A stretch of 64,000 nt of DNA, from the NCBI GenBank assembly GCA_050247235.1, contig JBFWUN010000003.1:13171-77170 (forward strand), read 5' to 3'. A program made the translations under genes and the position numbers. Numbering within the stretch: position 1 is the first letter of the stretch; every line of letters begins with the position of its first letter. Shown here piece after piece: positions 48,011-58,092 of the stretch. Below the pieces are notes generated by a model. That model searched no databases and had not been told where the DNA came from. It was given only the letters and a program-made list of their open reading frames with translations. This DNA is from Gammaproteobacteria bacterium. GTDB taxonomy: Bacteria > Pseudomonadota > Gammaproteobacteria > Ga0077536.

Positions 48011-49432
48011 ATGACTATGTCCAAGCCACGCGTCTACGACCTTATCCGGCGCATATTGCCGCGGCCTATGCGCCGCTTGGCAGCTATGGCGCTTGGTGGC
48101 GTGCGACGCTGCATCAGTTTGGCCTGGAGGGGGGTTGGATTCTTCGTCGCACAGGGCCAAGGCGTCACCTCCTCCGCCGAGTTGGTCACCGCGCCGACGT
48201 TGGGCAAGCGAACTGCCTGGGTGATCTCCTTCACCGGGGTTTCGAATGAACCGCGGGTGCTGCGCCAGACCCAGGCGCTGCTGTCAGAAGGTTGGCGCGT
48301 GGTGGTGGTCGGCTACGATGGCCATTCGCCGCGTCCGACGGAATGGAATTTCGTACGGTTGCGGGATCGCGCGAGGCACGCGTCGCGCTTCTCCTTCGCG
48401 CTACTGCGCGCGCAGCGCGCGCTGGGGCGAATCCTGTTCATGAATGCGCATCGATCTCCTGCGTTACGTTCGTTCGGCGCCCGCCTCTATTACGACGCGA
48501 TTCCGAACTGGCGAGAGAATCTCAGGCAGACAATGCGCATCGCGCGCCAGAATCCGCAACTTGCGGCGAATCTCGTTCTCGCACACGACTGGCACACAAG
48601 TCCCGTTGGATGGCGCCTTTCCCGGTATTTCCGCTGCCCCTTGTCGATTGATTGCCACGAGTATGCCCGGGGCCAGTACCTGCACGATCCAAAGTGGGTC
48701 CAGGAGCAGCAGCCGTTCGTCGTGGGAATGCTCGATTACTACCTGTCCCGTGCCGATCTGGTGACCACGGTCTGCGAGGGCATTGCCGGTTTGCTCGACC
48801 GCGAGCAGCGCCTGAAGCAGCCGGCGGTGGTGGTTCGCAGCGTGCCGCGCTACGAAAAACAGGTCTTCAGACCCTGCGGCAACCAGATAGTCGTTCTCTA
48901 CCACGGCGATGTTTCGTATGTTCGCGGCCTTCATAAGGCGGTAAGATCCATGCCCCTCTGGCGACCCGAGTTCCGACTGCACATCAGGGGTGCGGGAGAC
49001 CCCGACTACATCGCGAGCCTGCAGCGGATTGCGGCAGAGTCGGGAGTCGCAGATCGCCTGAGTTTCGAAGGACCCGTGCCGTTCAACGAGATAGTCGGGG
49101 CGGCGAATCGTGCGGACATCGGCTACTTCGTCCACAAGGATGTGTCGCCGCAGAAGCGTTTCGTGCTGCCGAACAAGTTCTTCGAGTACATCATGGCCGG
49201 GCTGGCTCTCTGCGTCAGCGATCTACCGGAAATGGCCCGCATCGTGCGCCGATACGACCTCGGCCTGCTCGTCGACGAGTACGACGAGCCTTCGATTGCC
49301 CGTGTCATCAACGGCTTCAGCCGCGACTCTATTGACCGCTACAAACGGGCGGCTCTTGAAGCGGCCGCGGTTCTGAACTGGGAAGCGGAACAACGAGCGA
49401 TGTTAGACGCGTACGCCCAGATAACAGGATAG
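48011..49432 (+). CDS. Glycosyltransferase family 4 (GT-B, RfaB-like)
   Basis: C-terminal GT1 domain with the EX7E-like region (FVLPNKFFEYIMAGLAL). Confidence 0.8.
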   Translation: MTMSKPRVYDLIRRILPRPMRRLAAMALGGVRRCISLAWRGVGFFVAQGQGVTSSAELVTAPTLGKRTAWVISFTGVSNEPRVLRQTQALLSEGWRVVVVGYDGHSPRPTEWNFVRLRDRARHASRFSFALLRAQRALGRILFMNAHRSPALRSFGARLYYDAIPNWRENLRQTMRIARQNPQLAANLVLAHDWHTSPVGWRLSRYFRCPLSIDCHEYARGQYLHDPKWVQEQQPFVVGMLDYYLSRADLVTTVCEGIAGLLDREQRLKQPAVVVRSVPRYEKQVFRPCGNQIVVLYHGDVSYVRGLHKAVRSMPLWRPEFRLHIRGAGDPDYIASLQRIAAESGVADRLSFEGPVPFNEIVGAANRADIGYFVHKDVSPQKRFVLPNKFFEYIMAGLALCVSDLPEMARIVRRYDLGLLVDEYDEPSIARVINGFSRDSIDRYKRAALEAAAVLNWEAEQRAMLDAYAQITG

Positions 49433-49441
49433 GCTTGCGCT

Positions 49442-50617
49442 GTGCGTCGCGCTTTAGTGCTCTGCCTCTCCAATCCGAATCGCGATCCGCGACCCCGAAG
49501 AGCGCTCGAGTGGCTGTCGTCCGAATTCGAACTTACGACCGCAGCGTTCGCACCCACTGAATTCGTTCACAGCCGCTTCGTCGACGTCTCCGCCCACGCG
49601 AAGCCGGCGCTCGGGGGTGTTGTGGGCTTCCTGAGCCACGCCGCGTCCCTGAAGTTGAATTCGTTACTGGACCGCAACGAAGCATCGGAATGGACCAAGG
49701 GGCTGCGCGCCGCTCGAACGGAACTATCCGGCGCCGCCTTCGATCTTGTCTTGTGTTTCGACGCCGAGCTTCTCCCGTTGGCAAACGCTGTCCGGGGCCG
49801 CGCCAAACTCATATTCGATGCCCGCGAATACTACCCGGCACAGTTCGAGGACAGGTTGATCTGGCGCTCCTGTATGCGAGACTTCGCGTGGCACCTGTGT
49901 CGCTCCTACCTATCGCGCTGTGACGCGATCTTCACCGTCAGTGAAGGTCTCCGGGAGGGATACCGCACCACCTTCGGTGTCGATTCGGAGGTGCTGTACA
50001 GCTTGCCGAGCTATCGGGAGCTCGCGCCCACCCCCGTGGACCCCTCATCGATACGGCTCGTCTATCATGGAAACGCGAACCCCAGTCGCGCCACTCACTT
50101 GATGGTCTCCTTTGCGCGGGCGCTGGAGCGGCGTTTTCTCATGGATTTCGTGGTACTCCCGCCAGACTCGCGCTACGTCGCGCGTCTGCGCCACGATGCC
50201 TCAGGCTGCGAACGAATTCGTTTTCTGGAGCCTTTGGCGTTCGAAGACATCGTCCCTTTCCTGAATCGGTACGATCTCGGCGTGTTCTACGTTCCGCCGA
50301 CCAATTTCAACCTGAAGCACTGCATGCCAAACAAGCTGTTCGAGTTCATCCAGGCGCGGCTGGGCGTAATCGTCGGGCCGTCGCCCGACATGAAGCGCTT
50401 CGTGGAGGCGACGGGCGTAGGTCTGGCCGGGAGCGAGTGGAACGTCAACTCGCTCGTCCGCGACGTGAACGCACTTGGCGTGCAGGACATCGAGCGCTAC
50501 AAGCAACGCAGCCACGCCGTGGCTGCGGATTACTCATCCCTAACTTCCGCGCGACAGTTCCGCGCGGCGGTCGAGCGGGTGATGTCCGCACCTGGTGTCA
50601 GCTCGAGCGGCGGATGA
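49442..50617 (+). CDS. Glycosyltransferase family 4-like
   Basis: C-terminal GT1-like domain (MPNKLFEFIQARLGV). Confidence 0.75.
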   Translation: MRRALVLCLSNPNRDPRPRRALEWLSSEFELTTAAFAPTEFVHSRFVDVSAHAKPALGGVVGFLSHAASLKLNSLLDRNEASEWTKGLRAARTELSGAAFDLVLCFDAELLPLANAVRGRAKLIFDAREYYPAQFEDRLIWRSCMRDFAWHLCRSYLSRCDAIFTVSEGLREGYRTTFGVDSEVLYSLPSYRELAPTPVDPSSIRLVYHGNANPSRATHLMVSFARALERRFLMDFVVLPPDSRYVARLRHDASGCERIRFLEPLAFEDIVPFLNRYDLGVFYVPPTNFNLKHCMPNKLFEFIQARLGVIVGPSPDMKRFVEATGVGLAGSEWNVNSLVRDVNALGVQDIERYKQRSHAVAADYSSLTSARQFRAAVERVMSAPGVSSSGG

Positions 50618-51378
50618 GGGCCCGATACTTCCTTGCCACGGTGGCGCTTTCCTTCGTGGTCTGCGGCGTCACGTTGACCAATCTGGAAAGCCGCGGGGTA
50701 ATCTGGAACTTGACGCGGACCCGATTGGGCTACGTCGAGGGATTCGCGCCAGCCAGCGCATTGAGTGCCCTGCCGGCGGTTGCGGATCTGAAGATCGCCG
50801 CGGTCGGCGGGCCCGAGTTCGTGGCCGCCGCCGAACGGGCACTTGGATCGGACACCCGGCTGCGGACATGCGTCATTCCAAACCCCGACGCAAGCGACGT
50901 TGCAGACTGCGTGGATGCTATCGGAAGTCGTTGGCCGCGACTCGCAATCGCGGCGGAGCTTCATCCGTTCTTTTTCTCCGACATCGTGGAGTCGGGCGAA
51001 CGGCCGCGCTTCGATGTGCTGGATCACGACCCTGCATGGCAGTGGTGGTCCATGCCACGCATCAGGCGTGCGTTCGAACTTGCAGGTGCCTGGGCAGGTG
51101 CCGGCTCGACTGGGCCGTCGACGGGTGCGGCGCGGCAGTTCGATCCGATGATGTCCTTCGTCCCGGAAACAGCCGCTCTGTCACGCGTGCGGGAACGCGC
51201 CGTATCCAGCGGTCTCGATATCTATTGGGTGGAGGCACCCGACAGTGGCAGATACGCGAGCGCGCCACGCTTCTGGTCAGCTTACGCGGAAGCTCGGGTC
51301 AGGCTTGCTGAAAGGCTGCGGCCGGGACAGTTGGTGGAGTTGAACCAGTTAGCCGGCAGGTTCCGTACGCCGAAATAA
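50614..51378 (+). CDS. Hypothetical membrane-anchored protein
   Basis: The internal ATG overlaps the upstream stop (ATGA). N-terminal TM (YFLATVALSFVVCGVTL). The ORF track N-terminal extension is rejected. Confidence 0.4.
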   Translation: MRARYFLATVALSFVVCGVTLTNLESRGVIWNLTRTRLGYVEGFAPASALSALPAVADLKIAAVGGPEFVAAAERALGSDTRLRTCVIPNPDASDVADCVDAIGSRWPRLAIAAELHPFFFSDIVESGERPRFDVLDHDPAWQWWSMPRIRRAFELAGAWAGAGSTGPSTGAARQFDPMMSFVPETAALSRVRERAVSSGLDIYWVEAPDSGRYASAPRFWSAYAEARVRLAERLRPGQLVELNQLAGRFRTPK

Positions 51379-51403
51379 ATGACTCGATCAGGCGACGGAA
51401 GTC

Positions 51404-52597
51404 ATGTTCTACCACCCACAGCTCGCAATCTTGCTGCTGCTCGTCGGCGCATCGATCTACTGGTCGATTCCGCCAACCCGCCCCGGAGTCCGCATGGGTT
51501 GGTTAGTGACATTCTCGGTAGCGGCAATAGGGTTAGCGGCGCCATACGCGGTGTTGATTTCCCTGGCGATGTCGCTGATGGTAGTAGGGTGGTCCATCGT
51601 ATTCGAACGGCAAGGACGCGCCGCCGCGCAGCGCTCGGGCACGATCGTCCGACAGCACAGCGTACTGCTCTTCTGGACTGCGCTCTGCAGCGTCCTGGCG
51701 ATACCCGTGCTGCTCGATATTCGGAACGTGTCCGATCCCGTCATCGTGCTGGGTGTCTCCTACGTGCTTCTCAAGTCAGTCGTTGCGTTGATGGACTCCT
51801 ATGCCGCGAGACGGCGACTCGGGCTGCGGCAGGTCGCGCTGATGAACTGCTTCTTGCCGATCTACTCCGCCGGTCCCATTGAGGGACCGGCCGCTTTTGC
51901 GCCAAGTGCGTTCGAGAACAGGTTGAATGCCAAGGGTATCGCGAATGGACTTTCCCGAATTACGATCGGCATTTTCAAAACATACTTCATCGCCGAAACG
52001 ATCATTTCAGGTTTTCTCGACGCACGGTTTGCCGACGTACTCTCGTCACCGGAGAGATACGGTCCGGCGAGCCTGGGAGCATTCGTGCTGGTGCGTTTTC
52101 TGCATGTCTATGTGAATTTTAGCGGCTACAGCGACATGGCGATCGGTGCGAGTTTGCTCTTCGGCCTGCGGGTATCAGAGAACTTTCGTCATCCATGGTG
52201 TGCGACGAATCTCCAGGAATTTTGGCGTCGCTGGCATATGTCGCTGGCGCGATTCGTCCAGCAGTACGTCTACCTGCGCCTTACCGTAATCCTGCGACGA
52301 CCGTATGTCGCTCTTTTCATTGCCTTCGTGCTCGCGGGGCTGTGGCACAAGGTCGCGCTCGGATACCTGCTGTGGGGCATTGGCCACGGCGCAGGTCTGG
52401 TCACCTATGCATTCCTCCGGCGGCGATTGGGCGCGAAGGCCACGTATCGGCGGGTCAGCGCTTCTTTGCCGTACACTTTTCTGAGCTGGCTGTCGACCAT
52501 GAGCTACGTTGCCTTCCTGTCGTTGCTCGCCAACGAAGACCTTTCCACAGTCGGTCGTTTGGCGCTGGCTTTCATCGGCATGCGAGCGGACGCATGA
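51404..52597 (+). CDS. MBOAT-family membrane-bound O-acyltransferase (DltB/AlgI-like)
   Basis: 397 aa, polytopic. Conserved FWRRWHMSLARFVQQYVY block with the catalytic His. Confidence 0.85.
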   Translation: MFYHPQLAILLLLVGASIYWSIPPTRPGVRMGWLVTFSVAAIGLAAPYAVLISLAMSLMVVGWSIVFERQGRAAAQRSGTIVRQHSVLLFWTALCSVLAIPVLLDIRNVSDPVIVLGVSYVLLKSVVALMDSYAARRRLGLRQVALMNCFLPIYSAGPIEGPAAFAPSAFENRLNAKGIANGLSRITIGIFKTYFIAETIISGFLDARFADVLSSPERYGPASLGAFVLVRFLHVYVNFSGYSDMAIGASLLFGLRVSENFRHPWCATNLQEFWRRWHMSLARFVQQYVYLRLTVILRRPYVALFIAFVLAGLWHKVALGYLLWGIGHGAGLVTYAFLRRRLGAKATYRRVSASLPYTFLSWLSTMSYVAFLSLLANEDLSTVGRLALAFIGMRADA

Positions 52598-52759
52598 CGA
52601 AAGACGCCGCGCGAGAACCAATGGAGATAGTCCGCGATGTCTTGCAGGCGATCACTACGGGTCTTGCGCTCCTGTACTATGTTTCCGCGTTTCCGCTGGG
52701 CCAGATTCTGTTCGTGTACCAACAATACTGACGGCTTCGGCCCTGAGAGTTCGAACGCG

Positions 52760-53947
52760 ATGAATGAAATCTTGATCGAGTATCCACCTGGCTGGCGGGG
52801 CAATCCGGAGCTCGAGAAGGATGTTGGAGAGAAGATCTACTATCTCTCACGACTCATCACCGGCTTTTCATTCACTGCACAAGGGCTGCGCCTGAATCTT
52901 GAGGCTGGCAGGCTCGATTTGGTCGCACTCAAGGAAGACGCGCTCGAGCTGCTCAGAATGTTGAGTGCGTCATACCAACGAGCAACCCATACTATCCTGG
53001 CTGAGGGAAGTGGTGCCCTCGAACCGGCATTCGACGCGTTCAGCGCACTGGTGTCGGATCGTCAGATCAAGATGACTCTTCCCGGCGTGCCCGCGTTGCG
53101 GGGCGATTTTCTCATGCTGCTCCAGGCCCTGGACCGCGCCTTTCGAGAGTACGGCCAAGGTCTCGGCGCATGCGAACAGCGCTACGGAACCACGCTGCCT
53201 ACGCGCAGCTTGATTGATTCCGGTTATCTGCAGAGCTTTCCTCAACACGCGCTGCTCGTCGGTGCGATTCACCACGACCTGGATTCCCTGCAAGCAATCG
53301 CGGCCGAGCCGGGACGCTTCTCCGCCGTAAACGAATTGGACACACTGGTCAGCGATCACCACCAGATTCTCGCGCCCACGGTGTGTGGCCACTGTTTCGA
53401 AACGTTGAAGGAGCAGCGAATCGATCGCACCCCTCTGCTCGTGACGGCGATGGGTTACTGTCATCGTCACGAAGGTCGAAACCACGCCCGTTTCGAGCGG
53501 CTGCAGACTTACTCGATGCGGGAGATCGTGTTTTTTGGAGACGAGAGCTTCGTTCGCGGAACGCAGGAGCGTATCCTAGCGCACTGCAGGGAACTCATGG
53601 TTGCATGGAACATGACCTGGCGGGTGGTCGTCGCGTCGGACCCGTTCTTCGCAACCGCGAACGCGAAGAGACGTTCGTATCAGACGGCGCTGCGACTCAA
53701 GTACGAGCTGCAGGCGCTGCTGCCCGAACGCGAAGAGTGGATCGCCATCGCGTCGTTCAACCATCACCAGGAAAGCCTCGTGAAGGCTTACGGTATATCG
53801 CATGGCGACGATGAGAGCGCGCGCCTGAACAGCGGTTGTTTCGGGGTAGGCCTCGAGCGGCTTTGCTTTGCGGTCTTCGCCCAGAAGGGTTTGGACACGG
53901 CGCGCTGGCCACTCGACTTGCAACGCAAGGTAGAACGTCTCGGATGA
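52760..53947 (+). CDS. Class-II aminoacyl-tRNA-synthetase-like amino acid:[carrier protein] ligase (SerRS-core homolog lacking tRNA-binding domains); proposed DltA functional analog
   Basis: 395 aa. Motif-2-like CHRHEGRNHARFERLQTYSMREIVFFG and motif-3-like NSGCFGVGLERLCFAVF (GxGxGxxR). Conserved Cys/Glu candidates for a Zn site. No anticodon-binding domain. The ORF-track extension (from 52637) is rejected. Confidence 0.65.
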   Translation: MNEILIEYPPGWRGNPELEKDVGEKIYYLSRLITGFSFTAQGLRLNLEAGRLDLVALKEDALELLRMLSASYQRATHTILAEGSGALEPAFDAFSALVSDRQIKMTLPGVPALRGDFLMLLQALDRAFREYGQGLGACEQRYGTTLPTRSLIDSGYLQSFPQHALLVGAIHHDLDSLQAIAAEPGRFSAVNELDTLVSDHHQILAPTVCGHCFETLKEQRIDRTPLLVTAMGYCHRHEGRNHARFERLQTYSMREIVFFGDESFVRGTQERILAHCRELMVAWNMTWRVVVASDPFFATANAKRRSYQTALRLKYELQALLPEREEWIAIASFNHHQESLVKAYGISHGDDESARLNSGCFGVGLERLCFAVFAQKGLDTARWPLDLQRKVERLG

Positions 53948-54963
53948 TCACCGAGTTTGGCGCGGGCTCTTCGGGCGAAAGGCGCTTACGCACGGGGCTG
54001 CGTGTGCTTGCCGCGTTGGGTGTCCTGGGTGGCGTATTTGGCGGAATCCTCGTCTTCGGTACCGCGCCGTGGCGATACGCGGAATATCCATGCCAGTACG
54101 CACTGATCTACGGTGAACGGGGTCCGGTCGATCTCGCGATTGTCGGTTCTTCCCGTTCCGTGCTAGGGGTGGGTGCTGCCGAGATCGCGGAAGTCCTGCG
54201 ACCAACCGCAGGACGCGAGGTAGTCGTTTACGATCTTTCCAAATCCTGGCGCGGCGAAGGTATGAACTACACCTTCGTGCGGGATCTGCTGGACAATCGA
54301 CAGGTCAGACATCTTCTGGTGGAGGCCAATCTACCAGAAGCAGGAAGCTATCATGCGCACTGGTACCTGGCCGCGAGGTACGAAGACCTTGTACGGAATA
54401 TCGCGTTCGAGCAACGCCACGGATTCGCCTTGCGACCAATCGCCCGCGCGGCGCGCATGGTCGCTGACCGCCTTGTCGATCGCGTCGCCCGATACCTGAC
54501 CGGCGAAGTCCGGCCCGCACCGCTTGCATCGAGCAGCCGGCCAGCTGCGACCAAGGACTGCATGGTGCGAGAGGAACCGGTCAAACCCGATGCGCTTGCC
54601 GCGCGCGCCGCGGCCCACGCGAAGTACTACCGAGGCCAGGTGTGGCATTGGGACATGGAAAGCCGCGACGCGCTCCACGATACGGGGTTCTACGGAGCGC
54701 TTGTCTCACTCGCGAGTTCCCGCGGCGTGACGTTGCATTTCTACTACGTACACGAGCGACATTACAGCCGGCTCGACCCGGCATTTGCCTCGGCATTTCA
54801 GCAAACCACCGGCGCGCCTCTGCTGATTCCGCCGGATGACCTGGTTGATCGACTGGAAGCTGACGGCTACGCCGATCCGACGCACATGAATCCTCATGGC
54901 CGCGCACTCTATTCGGCGTGGCTGGCCAAACGCCTTATATCTGAACTGAACGGCAAGATATGA
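53944..54963 (+). CDS. Membrane-anchored DltD-like / SGNH-fold-like protein
   Basis: ATGA-coupled internal start. N-terminal TM (LRVLAALGVLGGVFGGILVF). AIVGSSRS (block-I-like Ser) and DPTHMNPHG (DxxH block-V-like). Confidence 0.5.
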   Translation: MITEFGAGSSGERRLRTGLRVLAALGVLGGVFGGILVFGTAPWRYAEYPCQYALIYGERGPVDLAIVGSSRSVLGVGAAEIAEVLRPTAGREVVVYDLSKSWRGEGMNYTFVRDLLDNRQVRHLLVEANLPEAGSYHAHWYLAARYEDLVRNIAFEQRHGFALRPIARAARMVADRLVDRVARYLTGEVRPAPLASSSRPAATKDCMVREEPVKPDALAARAAAHAKYYRGQVWHWDMESRDALHDTGFYGALVSLASSRGVTLHFYYVHERHYSRLDPAFASAFQQTTGAPLLIPPDDLVDRLEADGYADPTHMNPHGRALYSAWLAKRLISELNGKI

Positions 54964-55199
54964 ACGTAGATTCGAGGTTGATCGACCAGCTCTGCGCGCT
55001 GTTCGGCGAACAGTATCGCGGCGAGATATCACTGCAAACCACCATGGACGACATCCCCGAATGGGATTCGCTTTCATTCGTCGACGTCGTCTGTGCCCTG
55101 GAGACCACTTTCAACGTGACCGTCGGTCCGAATGACGCTGCGAACATGACCAGCGTCGGCGCCATTCAGGAATTTCTGCGCAACGCGGGCGCGCTCTGA
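54960..55199 (+). CDS. Acyl/aminoacyl carrier protein (phosphopantetheine-binding, DltC/ACP-like)
   Basis: 79 aa. DIPEWDSLSFVDVVCALETTF matches the ACP DSL phosphopantetheine-attachment motif. ATGA-coupled to the upstream gene. Confidence 0.8.
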   Translation: MNVDSRLIDQLCALFGEQYRGEISLQTTMDDIPEWDSLSFVDVVCALETTFNVTVGPNDAANMTSVGAIQEFLRNAGAL

Positions 55200-55253
55200 G
55201 CAGCGCCGCCGCCGTACAATCACCCGAACGTTTCGCCTCGTAACGCGTCCCAG

Positions 55254-56132
55254 ATGAGAGCGGATTGCTCAATCTTCTTCGGCACCGGTGCCGGTCGCTG
55301 TGGCACGATGGCGCTGGCCAATCTCCTGAATGCGGAACCGGACGTGCTTTGCTGTCATGAAGGTCAGATACGTCATTTGGAGCAGATTGGTGACCAACAT
55401 CTGCCGTATATGACGCTCGAGAATTTCCAGGCCTACCGCCATCCAGAGCGTGCCAAAGCAACTTTCGCGGCCAAGCGTCGCGAGATGCGCGCGCTCGGTG
55501 CGCACTTGAATCTGCGCGCGATCGGCGACATCGCCTACAACAACGCGCCTTTCGTCCACGTGATCCCTAGTCTGTTTCCGGATGCGCGTCTGGTGGTGCT
55601 TACGAGGGACGGCCGGGACTTCGTGCGATCGGCCTACACGCGCCAGCGACCCGATCCGACGCCCGTAGGATGGCTTGACGAGAATACCGAACTCTCCCGT
55701 ATCGAACGTTTCGTCGCGCTGGGAAGATTGCGGCCGCTGGATTCCGAGGCGCCGAATTCCGAGTGGCGGCGAATGTCTGTGGTCGCTAAGAACGCCTGGC
55801 TATGGGCAGAGACCTATCGGCTAATCCTGGATGGACTCGTCGCTTGGGATGAGAATCGCGTGCAATTCGTGCGCCTCGAGGACTTCCGCACCTCTCCACG
55901 TGAACAGTATGGGCATGTTCGCCGATTTCTGGGGCTCGATGACGCGCCGTTGCCACCGGCCGTGGAAATGCTGCTCGTGCAACCGATCAATCGGCGCGAC
56001 GAGTCCGCAAAAGTCCTTCCCGACTGGCGTGCATGGACTGCCCCGGAAACAGAGGATTTCTGGCGGTACGCCGGCCCGATGATGGGACGTCTTGGCTATG
56101 CGAAGGACGATGAAGCAAGTGTTACGGCATGA
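55254..56132 (+). CDS. Sulfotransferase-family protein (second copy)
   Basis: FFGTGAGRCGTMALANLL (P-loop-like 5'-PSB) and VLTRDGRDFVRS (3'-PB RDxRD). Confidence 0.65.
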   Translation: MRADCSIFFGTGAGRCGTMALANLLNAEPDVLCCHEGQIRHLEQIGDQHLPYMTLENFQAYRHPERAKATFAAKRREMRALGAHLNLRAIGDIAYNNAPFVHVIPSLFPDARLVVLTRDGRDFVRSAYTRQRPDPTPVGWLDENTELSRIERFVALGRLRPLDSEAPNSEWRRMSVVAKNAWLWAETYRLILDGLVAWDENRVQFVRLEDFRTSPREQYGHVRRFLGLDDAPLPPAVEMLLVQPINRRDESAKVLPDWRAWTAPETEDFWRYAGPMMGRLGYAKDDEASVTA

Positions 56133-58063
56133 AGCAGCGGTTCCAAACGAGTGCCTCGCCCCGAGCAGTAGCCAGTGTTTGCGCGTTGCTCGTCGTGATG
56201 GCTGCGATTACGAACCTCTCCGGTTCCGTTCTGGAACGGCGTCCGCAAGCCGAGGGACTGGAGAATCGCGGCCAGGCGACCCCAACCGGAACGGTGAGTC
56301 GCGGATGCGATTTCGACCGCCTGGAAATCGACCTAAGCGTCAACGGGACCAACCCCCTGCGGTCCGGCCCGAACATGGTCGCCGCGGCGTTGGCGGGCGG
56401 GCGAGACCCGCGAACCGTGACGGCCGCTGAATTGGGCCATGACCCGCAGTTCATCGTGGGTTATCCGAGCAAGCTCTCGTTCTTGCAAGGCGAACCCGTT
56501 CGCATCCGGTATGCCGGTGGCGAGTGGCGGCGGGGCACCTCGCTCGCGTCTTATACGATCGTCGATGCGCTTGAGGGAAAGCTCATCAAGACGATCGACG
56601 TCGCGCGGCGCGACCACCCGCTACGTTTCAGCGGGTGCGTAGCTTATTACAATGGAGGATGTCGGTTTCGACAGCAACTCTCGTTGGGCTCGCTGGCGGC
56701 CGGGGTTTACTATGTGTTCCTGACCGATGATACGGGCGCGGATAGTTATCCGATTTTCTTCATTGTTCGCCCTGCGAAACAGGAGCGTCACGTGATCGTG
56801 GTATTTCCCGAGTACACGTGGCAGGCCTACAATCGGTTCGGGGGAGGGTCGCTCTATTCGATCCATGTACCAGACGAGAGTGGCCGACTCCACAACAACG
56901 AGTTCTCCACTACTCGCCTCTACTCAGCATCTCTCGACCGCCCGATACTGTTCGATCCGTCTGGGACGCGGTGCAACTGGAATCCGCACTCCGCGCGGCG
57001 CCTCTTCGAGTCTAATCCATCCATTCGGTTCGATATTCGCCTCGACCTCACCCGAGTGCGTAAGCCAGCCCAAACATCGCTTCCTCTAAGGCGAATGGAG
57101 GTGTGTCGATCGAGAGATCCCGTACATTGGATGCAAGAACTATATAACGGACCGGAAGGAACGTTGCCATTTCTCCGTGAGTTGACGCGTAATGGCGTCT
57201 CCGTGTCAGCGATCTCCGAGCATGACCTTACGACCGATAGGCAGATATTGGACGGTGTCCGGATCGTGGTATTGACAGGCCACCACGAGTACTGGACCAC
57301 GGCAGAGTATGAAGCGTTGAGCGAGTTTGTGCGCAGCGGGGGATCTATTGCAAATTTCGCGGGGAACGTTGATGCCGGACGGGTGAACGTCGATCGCCGC
57401 AATCTATACTTTGATCAAATTGGCGGTAAGCGTCCCGAGGGATGCCGGCATCTCGTGCCGCGTCAGTTTGACGGCACGGGAGTCGTTGGGGTCCACGTTT
57501 TCCCCGGATCGGAAAAATTGCTGGGAATCGCCTACAGGTTCGCCGGCTATCCTCTGCGCGAGTACTTCTACTTCCATGGCGACGAAGACGAGATGCGCCG
57601 TGCAGGCCTGTCCGATATCCAAAGGTTGGAGACCACGGGTGTTCGTATCGTCGCGCCCGGACATCCGGTGTTCGCGGGAACGGGATTGAAGAACGGGCAA
57701 CGCTGGGGCACAGATTCGCCTATTCTGTCGGTCGAGCTTGACGGGGCACCGCTCCTGCCCGACGGTCGTCTGGACCGCCGATTCTCCGCGGACTTTCCGG
57801 TTGAACTAACGGTGCTGGCCACTGGGAGCACCTTCGCCTCCAATGTGGTGAGGAGCCCGACAGATGTAGAACTCAAGTACTACGGTGCGAAGAACCCGGC
57901 AATCTTCGTTGATTCCAGGCCGTCCGGCGCGCCCCACGGCGGCCGCGTCGTCAGCTTCGGTTCAATCTCCTTTGGCACCATGCTTGCTCTCGGTGACCGA
58001 ACGGCCAGACGCGTATTCCTGAATACACTTCGCTACCTGGACGAGCAAAGTCGCTACCAGTAA
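56129..58063 (+). CDS. Secreted hypothetical protein, possible N,N-dimethylformamidase-beta/ThuA-like C-terminal domain
   Basis: Signal peptide (AVASVCALLVVMAAITNLSG). 644 aa. VVLTGHHEYWT motif. Function unknown. Confidence 0.5.
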   Translation: MKQRFQTSASPRAVASVCALLVVMAAITNLSGSVLERRPQAEGLENRGQATPTGTVSRGCDFDRLEIDLSVNGTNPLRSGPNMVAAALAGGRDPRTVTAAELGHDPQFIVGYPSKLSFLQGEPVRIRYAGGEWRRGTSLASYTIVDALEGKLIKTIDVARRDHPLRFSGCVAYYNGGCRFRQQLSLGSLAAGVYYVFLTDDTGADSYPIFFIVRPAKQERHVIVVFPEYTWQAYNRFGGGSLYSIHVPDESGRLHNNEFSTTRLYSASLDRPILFDPSGTRCNWNPHSARRLFESNPSIRFDIRLDLTRVRKPAQTSLPLRRMEVCRSRDPVHWMQELYNGPEGTLPFLRELTRNGVSVSAISEHDLTTDRQILDGVRIVVLTGHHEYWTTAEYEALSEFVRSGGSIANFAGNVDAGRVNVDRRNLYFDQIGGKRPEGCRHLVPRQFDGTGVVGVHVFPGSEKLLGIAYRFAGYPLREYFYFHGDEDEMRRAGLSDIQRLETTGVRIVAPGHPVFAGTGLKNGQRWGTDSPILSVELDGAPLLPDGRLDRRFSADFPVELTVLATGSTFASNVVRSPTDVELKYYGAKNPAIFVDSRPSGAPHGGRVVSFGSISFGTMLALGDRTARRVFLNTLRYLDEQSRYQ

Positions 58064-58092
58064 AAGCACATGCAATATCGGAATCCCCCAAC

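Noticed and set aside
52637-52759. N-terminal 41-aa extension of the aaRS-like ligase ORF and similar extensions (MoxR 29620, lipoprotein 15849, PilZ 28974, Sel1 29849)
   Set aside because: Extensions overlap neighbouring genes or are Arg/Cys-rich. Internal starts with SDs or coupling give lengths typical of the families.
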